A stretch of DNA of 64,000 nt from Candidatus Poribacteria bacterium. Lineage in GTDB: Bacteria > Poribacteria > WGA-4E > WGA-3G. The position numbers and the translations under genes are program-made. Positions 13,741 to 22,759 of this stretch are shown here, one piece after another; within the stretch, counting starts at the first letter, position 1, and each line of letters starts with the position of its first letter. Below the pieces are notes generated by a model. It saw nothing but the letters and a program-made list of their open reading frames with translations, was not told the origin of the DNA and did not search any database. The stretch is taken from contig CAXXUA010000004.1 of NCBI GenBank assembly GCA_963663765.2, positions 1-64,000 of the forward strand. Reading direction: 5' to 3'.

Positions 13741-14295
13741 TTACTCTGAATCCGTTTCACATATAATTGCGGAATCGACACCGTGTTCCTCTTCTAATTG
13801 TACTTTAACGAATTCTTTTCGTGAAGTGGGTACATTTTTTCCGATATAATCAGCAGAAATAGGTAATTCACGGTGTCCTCTATCAATTAGAGCGGCCAAT
13901 TGTATTGCAGCGGGTCTCCCGAAATCAATGATAGCATCCATTGCGGCGCGAATTGTGCGACCAGTGTATAGTACCTCATCAACTAAGATAACCCACTTTC
14001 CGGTAACATCAAAAGGGATTTCAGTGCTGTTAACCTGTATTTGCGTTTCATGTAGGTTGATGTCGTCACGGTAGAGTGTGACATCTATTGCTCCGACAGG
14101 TACAGTGATGCTTTCAATCCGACCTAAGTTTGCAGCGATGCGGTGTGCGATAGTATCTCCACGGCTTTTGACACCGACCAATACCAGATTGTCAATATGT
14201 TTGTGATTTCGTTCCAAAATCTCGTGTGCGATTCTGATGAGTGCGCGGCGAATATCCTCCGCGTTCATGACTTGTGCTTTTTCATGCATTTTCAT
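13741..14295 (-). CDS. pyrR: pyrimidine operon attenuation protein / uracil phosphoribosyltransferase
   Basis: [47 protein letters not shown]; start placed at 14295 (14289 possible) rather than 14367. Confidence 0.95.
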   Translation of the reverse strand: MKMHEKAQVMNAEDIRRALIRIAHEILERNHKHIDNLVLVGVKSRGDTIAHRIAANLGRIESITVPVGAIDVTLYRDDINLHETQIQVNSTEIPFDVTGKWVILVDEVLYTGRTIRAAMDAIIDFGRPAAIQLAALIDRGHRELPISADYIGKNVPTSRKEFVKVQLEEEHGVDSAIICETDSE

Positions 14296-14351
14296 GATTC
14301 TTATCCAATGATATAACTTAGATTCATGCTTAAGAATTCTATAGACAACAT

Positions 14352-14382
14352 AAAAAAACCTCCTCACTTAATGGTGAGAAGG
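14352..14382 (-). terminator. attenuator terminator in the pyrR leader
   Basis: Minus strand CCTTCTCAC-CATTAA-GTGAGGAGG followed by T7, upstream of pyrR. Confidence 0.8.
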
Positions 14383-14531
14383 ATCGGTTTTGCTAAAACT
14401 CTTGTATAACAGATATGATTTAAAAACAGAATTGATTTCGCAATAATGCCTGAGAAATCTTGCATAAATTGCAATTGTTTATATATAGTCAGTTTTCTGT
14501 GTAGACATTCTAACTTTTTGAAGTATAACAT

Positions 14532-14565
14532 CCTTTTTCCACCTCTCGGGATGGGATTAAAAAGA
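14532..14565 (-). promoter_or_regulatory. PyrR binding loop (anti-antiterminator)
   Basis: Minus strand CTTTTTAATCCCA-TCCCGAGAGG-TGGAAAAAG fits the PyrR site pattern UUUAA...UCCnGnGAGG...AAAG. Confidence 0.8.
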
Positions 14566-14601
14566 CATTCTGAACATGAGTCATTTAATTTCAATATAAT
14601 T

Positions 14602-14630
14602 ATTATATCATTATTAGAAAATAATTGCAA
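14602..14630 (-). promoter_or_regulatory. sigma-70 promoter of the pyr operon
   Basis: TTGCAA-17 nt-TATAAT with extended -10 TG, just upstream of the PyrR loop. Confidence 0.65.
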
Positions 14631-14664
14631 GTTTATTTTTTTAATGGAGTGTGTTATGTCTTAG

Positions 14665-14722
14665 GTGACAGAATCGCTGATTTCACGGATTCGCGGAGTG
14701 TGTACGGAATCGCGGATTTCGC
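14665..14722 (+). repeat. degenerate copy of the GGATT(A/T)C short-period repeat element
   Basis: Shares TGTACGGAATCGCGGATT and GCGGAGTG with the element at 37767-37934 (reverse complement). Confidence 0.55.
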
Positions 14723-14884
14723 AGCAAAGATTTCTACATTTGCATTTATTGCTTAGGATGTGGGTTTTCTGTTTCTATCGCGGTTTACATGGATTGCGAG
14801 GATAAGACTACTGCGATTGGATGTATTGCATGTAATTTGGGTTTGTTGTTAAGATGTAATCAACCCTCTGTAGCTGCGATATTC

Positions 14885-16750
14885 TTATATACGGAAGATT
14901 TCACCTAATTTTCCACCTAATACTCGTCCTGCAGCAAGTAGACATACTATTAGGATAAACATGCCAATCACACCAAGTGCACTTGCGATGTAGTCACCTT
15001 CTCCAAGCCGTTGTGATAGCACATAAATTGCTTTTGTGATGGGATAAAACTTTTTTTCTTGTGCTAAGATGAGACTGTCACTTACCTCAAGCATTGAAAA
15101 TGAAAATACAAGAATTGCTCCAGCAAGTATATTGGCAAAAACTAATGGCAAAGTGATTTTATAGAGTGTACGCAGCGGTGTTGCTCCCATGTTCTGTGAT
15201 GCTTCTTCATAAGTGATACTTGTCTGTTGGAAACCTGCATAAATGGATCGCAGCATATAGGGTAACCTACGCACTGAATAACTGACTATTAACAAGAAAG
15301 TTGGGTTTTTTCTGGGATCAATCAAGTTGATAAAGCTATCTGGAAAATATTTTAAGATTATTGCCGTAGATGAAAAACTGCCCATGTATCCGAAGGCGAT
15401 TGCAACACCTGGAAGTGCTAATGGTAACATTGCAATTGCATCTAACAGGTTTTGAAATGGAAGTCGTTTTCGTGTTAGTAGGTATGCTATTGCAACCCCG
15501 ATAATTAATGCCAGAATAGTGCTGAAAATACTATATTTTAGACTGTTGAGAATGCTTGGGAATGTAATATCATGGCTGAAAACATCAATATAGTGCTGAA
15601 AAGTTAAGGATTTTGGTAGTATGGTCAAATTCCATTCACTTGCATTTGGTGTTAGAGAATACAATATTACACTGATGTGCGGGAGGATAGCCATGAACGT
15701 CAATCCACAGATAAACAGATATATTACTGAACGCATTCCCCATTTTGTGTTCACTTCGCGCGAGGTGACATGTCCTCTTCCCAACATTTCATAGTGTTTG
15801 CCACCTGTCCATCGTTTTGATACATAAAATGCAAATGCTGTGAGAACGATGACAAGCACAACAAGTGCATATCCCATAGGATTCAAGCTGGAAGCAACAA
15901 CAAGGTTAAAGATTTCAACAGCAATTACCTGATTGTAGTTAAAAATTAGAGGCGTTCCAAGGTCAGTGAATGCCCAAATAAAAACGAGAATTGCTCCTGC
16001 GAAATATCCTGGCATCATTAGTGGTAGTGTAATTTTTCTGAATATTTGGAAGCGGGAAGCACCCAAGTTTTCTGCTGCTTCCTCTAAACTTGGATCAACA
16101 TTTGCTATCGCAGCGACAATGTTTAGATACATTATTGGGTATAGGTGCAAAGTTGACAGCATTACCACACCCCAAAATCCACCACCAAACCAGTCGATTG
16201 TATCGTTAATATCCATCAGATTGAGTTTTACCAGTAACATGTTGATACTTCCAAACTTTCCAAAGAACTTTGCCATACCCAATGCGCCAACGAAAGGTGG
16301 CATTATCATTGGTATCAGGATTATTGATCTAAACAGATTGCGTCCGGGGAAACGGTAACGTGTTAGGAAAAATGCAAGTGGTAGACTCACAATGCTTGTG
16401 AGAATAGTAACCATCGCACCGATTTTGAAACTATTGACGACCAATACTCGCTTATTTGGATCGGTCACCATAAGTTTAAAAAACGATAGGTCAAACTTAT
16501 TTTTTATCCAGAAAGCTTCTTTGAAAACATATAGGAGGGGATAGATGAGGAAAATGAGGAAGAAAAGAGCGATAACTCCGAGGATTAAAGTAGTAGCAGG
16601 TGTTAGATCATATTTTCGTCTGATTTTTTTGGTGAAGTTATACGATGAGTATTTCAACTTCGCCAAAGTTAAATCGTATTTTTGTCTAATTTTATCCAGT
16701 AGAGTTAGGTTATTTCGTGAAGTTTCCTCTTCCTCATGACGGTTGAACAT
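14885..16750 (-). CDS. iron(III)/thiamine-type ABC transporter permease (FbpB/ThiP-like)
   Basis: Two permease halves with EAA loops LEEAAENLGA and YEEASQNMGA. Confidence 0.9.
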   Translation of the reverse strand: MFNRHEEEETSRNNLTLLDKIRQKYDLTLAKLKYSSYNFTKKIRRKYDLTPATTLILGVIALFFLIFLIYPLLYVFKEAFWIKNKFDLSFFKLMVTDPNKRVLVVNSFKIGAMVTILTSIVSLPLAFFLTRYRFPGRNLFRSIILIPMIMPPFVGALGMAKFFGKFGSINMLLVKLNLMDINDTIDWFGGGFWGVVMLSTLHLYPIMYLNIVAAIANVDPSLEEAAENLGASRFQIFRKITLPLMMPGYFAGAILVFIWAFTDLGTPLIFNYNQVIAVEIFNLVVASSLNPMGYALVVLVIVLTAFAFYVSKRWTGGKHYEMLGRGHVTSREVNTKWGMRSVIYLFICGLTFMAILPHISVILYSLTPNASEWNLTILPKSLTFQHYIDVFSHDITFPSILNSLKYSIFSTILALIIGVAIAYLLTRKRLPFQNLLDAIAMLPLALPGVAIAFGYMGSFSSTAIILKYFPDSFINLIDPRKNPTFLLIVSYSVRRLPYMLRSIYAGFQQTSITYEEASQNMGATPLRTLYKITLPLVFANILAGAILVFSFSMLEVSDSLILAQEKKFYPITKAIYVLSQRLGEGDYIASALGVIGMFILIVCLLAAGRVLGGKLGEIFRI

Positions 16751-16779
16751 TTAATACTCCAAAGTAACCTGTGTATTCT

Positions 16780-16820
16780 GCGCGCTTACAGAGCGCGCCT
16801 ACCTTTTGTGCATAGTTCCT
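16780..16820 (-). repeat. solo REP (GCGCGCTTAC family) with a decayed family-A MITE end
   Basis: GCGCGCTTACAGAGCGCGCCTAC followed by CTTTTGTGCATAGTTCCT, resembling CGTTGTGTGCGTAAGTCCT. Confidence 0.6.
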
Positions 16821-16853
16821 AAACGTGCTGAAATCCTAAGTTGGGTTGTAAGA

Positions 16854-18095
16854 TCAGTCATTGGTGAGGTTAATAACGAAATAGGTAACAGCAATGGCAG
16901 TAGAAGAGATCGTGCTGATTAATCCCCATGGGATTTCAAATCGTTTGTGAGTCTCTAAAATGTCACCGGGATAAAGTAATGTTGTATCAGTGCCAGGTTT
17001 ATAGTGATGTATTGATGTTGTTCCATCTGTACGATGTAAATGAAATTTCTCACGGTTTGCTTCTTCTACAAAACCGCCTGCTATTGCTATTGCTTTCTGT
17101 AATGTTATGGGACCACGGACTTTATGTGCACCTGGTGTTTGAACATATCCCGTGACATATACTGGTTCAACTTTGAGAGCGTTTGGGACAAATAGTACAT
17201 CTCCATCAGATAATGTGTTTTTGTCGTCAGAGTTTTCATCAGATTTCCAAAATTGTTCAGTTACACTCAATTCAATTAGTGTACCGTCTCTGTCAACCTT
17301 TATTAATGAACTTAGGTTTGCTTCATCATTAGATCCGCCTGCTCTTGCCAATGCGTTTGCGATGCTTATATTATTCATGACAAAAAACTTTCCTGGATTC
17401 TTGACTTCACCTTGGATTTCAATGGTAGCCAAAGGTTGTACGTATACAAGGTCTCTTACATTTACTCTGATGTTATGATAGTGCTGGTCTATTGAAAGAT
17501 TATAGGTTTCATATAGGACAGGTCGTCTTTTTTCTTTAGGTAAATTTGGACCAGTAGATTCTGAGATTAATTTTGGGGTGTTAACTCGTATCAACTGAAC
17601 TTGTTGTGCATTTGCTTTCTCTGTCATCCCGCCAGCAAGGGCAATGGCGCGATATAGGTCAATGTCGGATTCTGGTGATATGATATAACGTCCGGGATTG
17701 TTAACTGCACCTGCAATATAAACAGAATGCTCTTGTGAAGCGACAGATACCAATACGATGGGATTATTTACAAGTTTCTGGTTCAACAAGTAATCACGAA
17801 TAATTTTATTTACATCTTCGGTGTTCTTTCCAGCAACTTGAAGGTCGCCTCCAAAATAACTAATTCTACCATCATTGCGTACTTGTACAGTGTGTGTATA
17901 TTCTGGTTGACCAATTACTGCTATGAGCAGCATGTCTCCTTGTCTGATACGGTAAACCGAATTTAATTCTCCCCAAACAGAATAAGTGCCACCAAAGAGT
18001 GTAGTACTGAAAATCAGCAATAGTAGCACAGTTAAAACTTGCAAGCGACACGAGGTTGTGTTTAAGTCTTGCAAGTTCCGTTTAATATAAAGCAT
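16854..18095 (-). CDS. polysaccharide export protein (Wza-like, Poly_export plus SLBB repeats)
   Basis: YRIRQGD...VRNDGRIS, three SLBB repeats (V.G.V..PG ... AIA.AGG), C-terminal helix. Confidence 0.85.
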   Translation of the reverse strand: MLYIKRNLQDLNTTSCRLQVLTVLLLLIFSTTLFGGTYSVWGELNSVYRIRQGDMLLIAVIGQPEYTHTVQVRNDGRISYFGGDLQVAGKNTEDVNKIIRDYLLNQKLVNNPIVLVSVASQEHSVYIAGAVNNPGRYIISPESDIDLYRAIALAGGMTEKANAQQVQLIRVNTPKLISESTGPNLPKEKRRPVLYETYNLSIDQHYHNIRVNVRDLVYVQPLATIEIQGEVKNPGKFFVMNNISIANALARAGGSNDEANLSSLIKVDRDGTLIELSVTEQFWKSDENSDDKNTLSDGDVLFVPNALKVEPVYVTGYVQTPGAHKVRGPITLQKAIAIAGGFVEEANREKFHLHRTDGTTSIHHYKPGTDTTLLYPGDILETHKRFEIPWGLISTISSTAIAVTYFVINLTND

Positions 18096-18124
18096 AATAT
18101 ATTTCTAATCAAGAATATAGCAAA

Positions 18125-18325
18125 CTATTGATGGTTGAAGAGCAGGAGTTGCTCCTTAAATAGAGTTGCATGTTTTTGTGTCCCAAACTGACTTCCCGGA
18201 TGCTTACGCCAATAGGGTTTGACGTAAGTACCATTCCTGCGTCGGTAGCCATGTACATAAATTTTTCCACTTGTATCGGTATGGGGTTTCATTTCATTGA
18301 ATAGGTAGAGTTGTGTCGCCTTCAT
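18125..18325 (-). CDS. small basic hypothetical protein
   Basis: YVHGYRRRNGTYVKPYWR motif; AAAGG RBS; fills the gap between co-oriented genes. Confidence 0.55.
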   Translation of the reverse strand: MKATQLYLFNEMKPHTDTSGKIYVHGYRRRNGTYVKPYWRKHPGSQFGTQKHATLFKEQLLLFNHQ

Positions 18326-18344
18326 GGCAGTCTACCTTTAGATC

Positions 18345-18692
18345 TTATTCTTCTTTAATTGAATCGTAATATACCTTGATGCTCTCTAAAGCTTGATTCA
18401 CACTATGTGTTGGTACTAGGAGGTCACCCCATTCAGATTTTCCTACGTTTCCCTTGACACCAGCAAATCCTTGCATTTCATTGGTACGTAAATAAACCAC
18501 AATTCCTTCATCCTCTAACACATTCTTGAGGATAAGTCCTGCGATTTCATTTGGGACAGATTCCACGACGAACCAGTCAACCTTATCTGGAACTTGTGCT
18601 GGGGTCAAACCTGGAAGAAGATCTTCATTACATTTTGAACATGTAAAGACATTTTCTTTGTAATCTGTGTTGCATTCTGGACAGAATGGCAT
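18345..18692 (-). CDS. DUF2007-like protein with N-terminal zinc ribbon
   Basis: MPFCPEC...CSKC, then NEIAGLILKNVLEDEGI; RBS GAGGAGG before the ATG at 18692. Confidence 0.7.
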   Translation of the reverse strand: MPFCPECNTDYKENVFTCSKCNEDLLPGLTPAQVPDKVDWFVVESVPNEIAGLILKNVLEDEGIVVYLRTNEMQGFAGVKGNVGKSEWGDLLVPTHSVNQALESIKVYYDSIKEE

Positions 18693-18819
18693 AGTCTTTT
18701 TCCTCCTCATAGATTGTGTATTTTTGTCAATTATACCACATCAGAAAACATTATGCAAATGACGGTGTAACTGATGCGTTGACTTTTTTAGGAAGGTATT
18801 ATGGTATTCAATGTAAAAT

Positions 18820-19263
18820 CTAAGTTTGTTCAGAGGGTTGTTCAAAAAAGACAGCATCCGGTTTTACCCATTCTGCTTCACCGTCAGCCCATACTTCACG
18901 TTTCCAAATAGGTACAATCTGTTTTAGACGGTTCATAGCATATTTGCATGCCTTGAAACCGTCTTTTCGATGTGGAGAAGCAACAGCAACAGCAACACTG
19001 ACTTCTCCGATTTGCAACTTACCAACACGGTGCATCATTGCAATGTGATGTATTCCCCACTTGTTGGTTATTTCTTTAGCGATTTCAGCCATTTTTTTTT
19101 CTGCCATGGGTGGATATGCTTCATATTCAAGGTGTTGAACAGGTCTGCCGTCAGTATTATTCCTAACGGTGCCAAGAAACAGTACGATTGCACCTGCATC
19201 TGGTGCTTCAACTGCCTGTTGCACCTCTGCGCCAGTTATTATCTGTTCGGTGATTTTAAACAT
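18820..19263 (-). CDS. moaE: molybdopterin synthase catalytic subunit
   Basis: GAIVLFLGTVRN, LEYEAYPPMA, HRVGKL, SPHR, VPIWKRE. Confidence 0.97.
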   Translation of the reverse strand: MFKITEQIITGAEVQQAVEAPDAGAIVLFLGTVRNNTDGRPVQHLEYEAYPPMAEKKMAEIAKEITNKWGIHHIAMMHRVGKLQIGEVSVAVAVASPHRKDGFKACKYAMNRLKQIVPIWKREVWADGEAEWVKPDAVFFEQPSEQT

Positions 19264-19510
19264 CTGTTCCTCCAGTAACGGGTGGAATTAACGCCACTTC
19301 GTCACCTTCAGTAAGTTCTGTGTTTTCAGTAGCATATTCCCAATTTACAGACATTTGCATGACTTCGTAGAATTCTGCGATTTCTGGCCATTCTTCTTCA
19401 AGTCGTTTTAAAATGGTTATGACGGTAGAACCTTCAGGTAGTTGCATCTCTTCTTCTGACCGATTTAACATTTCATGGCAGACTGCAAAGTATTTGACTG
19501 TAACCTTCAT
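19256..19510 (-). CDS. moaD: molybdopterin synthase sulfur carrier subunit
   Basis: MKVTVKYFA...VNWEY...GDEVALIPPVTGG followed by TDV; overlaps moaE by 8 nt. Confidence 0.93.
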   Translation of the reverse strand: MKVTVKYFAVCHEMLNRSEEEMQLPEGSTVITILKRLEEEWPEIAEFYEVMQMSVNWEYATENTELTEGDEVALIPPVTGGTDV

Positions 19511-19554
19511 TGATACCCCTTCACTTTTGCATATTTCAAAATAGTGTATTTATG

Positions 19555-19621
19555 AGTATATCATAAAAGAAGAACACAGTCAAACTTTAACATTGAAATC
19601 ATATCAGAGATTTGATAAAAT
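19555..19621. promoter_or_regulatory. divergent sigma-70 promoters (moaD on minus, folB operon on plus)
   Basis: Minus: TTGACT-17-TATACT (19555-19583); plus: TTGAAA-17-TAAAAT (19593-19621); both with TG extension. Confidence 0.5.
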
Positions 19622-19649
19622 ATAATAAGATATGTGCAGTAAAAATGAA

Positions 19650-20102
19650 GGGAATTATCTGACAATCCCAAGTCTTTAGGCTTGGGTCGAATAATGTAAA
19701 CTCGTGCGGGTGTATTTTAATTATTTGAGACAAGCAAGGCTCTGTAGTGTAATGCGAAATAACGTAGGTCGAACCGAAGTCCACACTGCGAACAAGAAGG
19801 CAGTCCACTGGCACCGTAGTTATGGGAAGTGTGCCTATAGTAAAACTTGGCGGATCCCCAGAGGGACAAGTTGCGGTAGACATCATCGCCCAAGACGCTA
19901 TATTATCAAGGAAATTAAGATACAGAGTGCGAATCAATCTTTTACCTCGCGGTAGGATATACCGAGAGCATAAACGCTTGTGGAGTCCGAGTAAGACCTC
20001 GCGCAGTTCAGGATAGAGGCACGAGAGACGGAAGCAGGAATCACACAGAGGAAAGTTATGTGTTTCAAAGAAGCACACGACTTTAGTCGTCGTGAGTATC
20101 AC
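19650..20102 (+). mobile_element. non-autonomous IS200/IS605 derivative (left end + omegaRNA scaffold + right end, no tnpA/tnpB ORF)
   Basis: Left-end hairpin CCCAAG...CTTGGG; last ~150 nt nearly identical to 53418-53565 (reverse complement); right-end hairpin CACGACTTTAGTCGTCGTG ending in TCAC; preceded by ATGAA. Confidence 0.85.
19950..20102 (+). ncRNA. TnpB omegaRNA (reRNA) scaffold, copy 1
   Basis: AACGCTTGTGGAG...GAAGCAGGAA...right-end hairpin, typical of tnpB 3' ends; 5' boundary approximate. Confidence 0.65.
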
Positions 20103-20111
20103 AAAGATAAC

Positions 20112-20471
20112 ATGGACAATATCATAATTCAAGGCATTAGGTTTCATGGCAATCATGGTGTGTCTGAGGAGGAACGTCAGGTCGGTGGACATTATGAAGT
20201 TGATGTAACTTTGGGATGTTCACTTGTAGATGCGGGTAAGTCAGACGCACTTGAGGACACAATTGATTATGCGAGTGTGATTGAGTTGATTGTTAATATT
20301 GGGACAAATCAATCATTTCAACTAATTGAAGCACTTGCAGAAACGATGGTATCGGAAATATTAGAAAAGTTTGCTGTTGAAAGCGTCCATCTTACTGTGA
20401 AGAAACTTCATCCCCCTATTGAACAACCGATAACCTATTTTGCAGTTGAGATTTGTCGTCATAAGGTGTAA
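20112..20471 (+). CDS. folB: dihydroneopterin aldolase
   Basis: MDNIIIQGIRFHGNHGVSEEER, SDALEDTIDY, LIEALAE, VKKLHPP. Confidence 0.95.
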   Translation: MDNIIIQGIRFHGNHGVSEEERQVGGHYEVDVTLGCSLVDAGKSDALEDTIDYASVIELIVNIGTNQSFQLIEALAETMVSEILEKFAVESVHLTVKKLHPPIEQPITYFAVEICRHKV

Positions 20472-20473
20472 GC

Positions 20474-21682
20474 ATGCAGCTAAAACAGTGGCTATGTATC
20501 GCTTTAGTATTACTATGTCATTTTCCCATTGGTGCAGATTCAGGTGGAAAAAAGACACAGCTTTTTACTGATTTGACTCCTGGACTCAATGTTTACCGTT
20601 ATGATTGGGATGCTGAAACATGTGCTATCTATGTCACTGAGATTTCACGTAACGACCCAACACTTAAGTTTGAAGTTGCACTTGCTAACGCTCAAGTGCT
20701 TGGTAAAGAGACTGTGCGATCTATAGCAAAACGGAGATCTGAACGTGGTGACCGTAGCGTTGTTGTAGCGGTCAACGGTGGCTTCGGAGTACTCGGGGAT
20801 ATGCGTGGTTATGGCGGTGTATTGGAAAGTTTGCATATCCAAGATGGTGAACTCATCACACAACCGACAGATTCCGATGCATGTTTTGGTGTTACTGAAT
20901 CTGGTGAATACCTGAGCAGTCCTGTACAAATGCAAGCTAACATCCAGATAGGAACGGACACTTTAGATATCGGTAGTATCAATCAACGTAGGCTGGATGG
21001 ATTTAAGGTTATTCTTTACACGCCAAGACTGGGTGAAAGCACACGGACGAATCGTCGTAGAGGTAAAGAAGTGTTGCTGAATGGTATTTCACTACCATTG
21101 ACCCCGGATTCTACTCACGACTTTAAGGTAGAAACTGTTTCAACAAATGGTAATAGCAAAATACCGAAGAACGGTGCAGTTTTGTGGATTAGTACTCAAG
21201 TTAAAGATCCAAGTGTGTCTCAACTGAAACCAGGTGCAAGCGGTAAACTCAAAGTAACACTATCACCACCAGAATGGAGTCAAGTAAAGCATGCAATTGG
21301 GGGTAGATTGAGGTTACTTAAAGACGGAAAAATCAATCAGATGCTTGTGGAAAAGCAGCAACAGGAGAAAAAACATGTTCCGGGTAAACGCAGCCAGGAG
21401 CTACATCTTAGCCATGAACCCCGTACTGCTCTTGGTTACAATGACGACACGCTCTTTTTAGTTGTTGCTGATGGTAGGCAGCCTAAGTATAGCACGGGAT
21501 TGACCCTCTACGAACTCTCCAGTATCCTGATTGAACTTGGGGCCACCGAAGCGATAAATCTTGATGGTGGTTCATCAAGCACTTTTGTCGTTAATGGAGA
21601 AGTTATCAACAAACCTTCTGGACGAAGTGAACGGGAAGTATTGAATGCGGTATTAATTACGAAGGAAATGATTCAAAACTGA
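20474..21682 (+). CDS. phosphodiester glycosidase family protein (NAGPA/DUF2233)
   Basis: Signal peptide, AVNGGF, HEPRTALG, VADGRQ, AINLDGGSSS. Confidence 0.88.
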   Translation: MQLKQWLCIALVLLCHFPIGADSGGKKTQLFTDLTPGLNVYRYDWDAETCAIYVTEISRNDPTLKFEVALANAQVLGKETVRSIAKRRSERGDRSVVVAVNGGFGVLGDMRGYGGVLESLHIQDGELITQPTDSDACFGVTESGEYLSSPVQMQANIQIGTDTLDIGSINQRRLDGFKVILYTPRLGESTRTNRRRGKEVLLNGISLPLTPDSTHDFKVETVSTNGNSKIPKNGAVLWISTQVKDPSVSQLKPGASGKLKVTLSPPEWSQVKHAIGGRLRLLKDGKINQMLVEKQQQEKKHVPGKRSQELHLSHEPRTALGYNDDTLFLVVADGRQPKYSTGLTLYELSSILIELGATEAINLDGGSSSTFVVNGEVINKPSGRSEREVLNAVLITKEMIQN

Positions 21683-21696
21683 TTTGGAGATTTAAT

Positions 21697-22740
21697 GTGA
21701 AGTATTTTAGGACAATTGGATGTCTTCTCTGTTTTTTGTTTTTGGTTCATATTAGTCATTCGGATGACAAACAACCAAAACTCTTAAAGGTAGTACCGCT
21801 GTCACAAACCGCAATACAACTCCAATTTGATAGTGAATTGGACCAGGAAGAAGCAGAAAATCTTGAACACTACACCATTACACCGAAGACCTCAATTGAA
21901 TTTGCATTCCTTGATGATCGTCCGAATCGTGTTTTGTTGATTACTTCAAAAATGGAGATCGGAAAAACTTACACGGTCACACATAAGAACCTGCAATCTG
22001 AGGTAGAATTTAAGCTGACTGCAGAAAACGAAATCACCTTTGGCTTTGGAAATTTAGTGACATTCTCTGGTGGTTTACAGGATACCAGTTTGATTGTCAA
22101 TAAGGACCGAAAAACCCACAACAATAACTATGGAGCTGAACCGAAATTGTTATGTAACCCGACAGGTACAGTCTTTTTCGTTGCTTTTGACTTATTTGAT
22201 GCGTTTGAAGATATTGGAATCCGTGATCCGAAGCAGGTATTAGATGCAACAATCAGTCTCCATGCACATAAATCTGACACAGGAGTTGCTCAATCAGTGA
22301 TACTCAGGCGCGTATTACAGCCGTGGCGTGAAGGCAGAGGTAAATCTGAGCGTGCAGAAGAGAACGAACTCACCTATAACAGTTCTCTACATCGAAATCT
22401 ACCTTGGAATAAACCGCCTGCACAAGCGATGTTGCGAGGCATTGATGGTGACAGGGCAAGCGATTACAATGGTTCTGAGGATGTAGCTCATCGAATTGAC
22501 GGTGTTTTTGAGATTAAGCCTGATGGTAAACGACATACTTTCAAGAGTGAGTTAATCACTGATGCAGTGCGTTATTGGGTTGCAAACCCGGATTATAATC
22601 ATGGTTATCTTTTTGCACTTCGCGATGGTACTGTACCCCTCGTATTCTCATCAAAAGAGAGTGTTGAAGAAAAACTGCGTCCGATGTTAACAATCCGATA
22701 CAAGACTCAATCTGGTACTGAAACTGATGTGTCTGAATAA
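21697..22740 (+). CDS. secreted DNRLRE-like domain protein with Ig-like N-terminus
   Basis: Signal peptide; QDT...NNYGA, VLQPWREG, ITDAVRYWVANPDYNHG, FSSKE...RPMLTIRY. Confidence 0.65.
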   Translation: MKYFRTIGCLLCFLFLVHISHSDDKQPKLLKVVPLSQTAIQLQFDSELDQEEAENLEHYTITPKTSIEFAFLDDRPNRVLLITSKMEIGKTYTVTHKNLQSEVEFKLTAENEITFGFGNLVTFSGGLQDTSLIVNKDRKTHNNNYGAEPKLLCNPTGTVFFVAFDLFDAFEDIGIRDPKQVLDATISLHAHKSDTGVAQSVILRRVLQPWREGRGKSERAEENELTYNSSLHRNLPWNKPPAQAMLRGIDGDRASDYNGSEDVAHRIDGVFEIKPDGKRHTFKSELITDAVRYWVANPDYNHGYLFALRDGTVPLVFSSKESVEEKLRPMLTIRYKTQSGTETDVSE

Positions 22741-22759
22741 GTCTTCGTCAAGTGTCGAC

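Noticed and set aside
14364-14664. Short ORFs upstream of pyrR
   Set aside because: They overlap the promoter, PyrR loop and terminator and have no recognisable protein features
19650-20102. Group II intron (GTGCG at 19704) or group I IStron
   Set aside because: No domain V motif or group I core recognised, and the element ends in TCAC rather than a terminal G; a covariance search would be needed to exclude it fully
20058-20111. Longer folB start at 20058
   Set aside because: The extension lies mostly inside the IS605 right end; FolB similarity begins at the ATG at 20112
19599-20192. 197-aa minus-strand ORF and the similar 63-aa ORF at 53397-53588
   Set aside because: Their similarity comes from reading the shared omegaRNA/right end antisense; not independent genes
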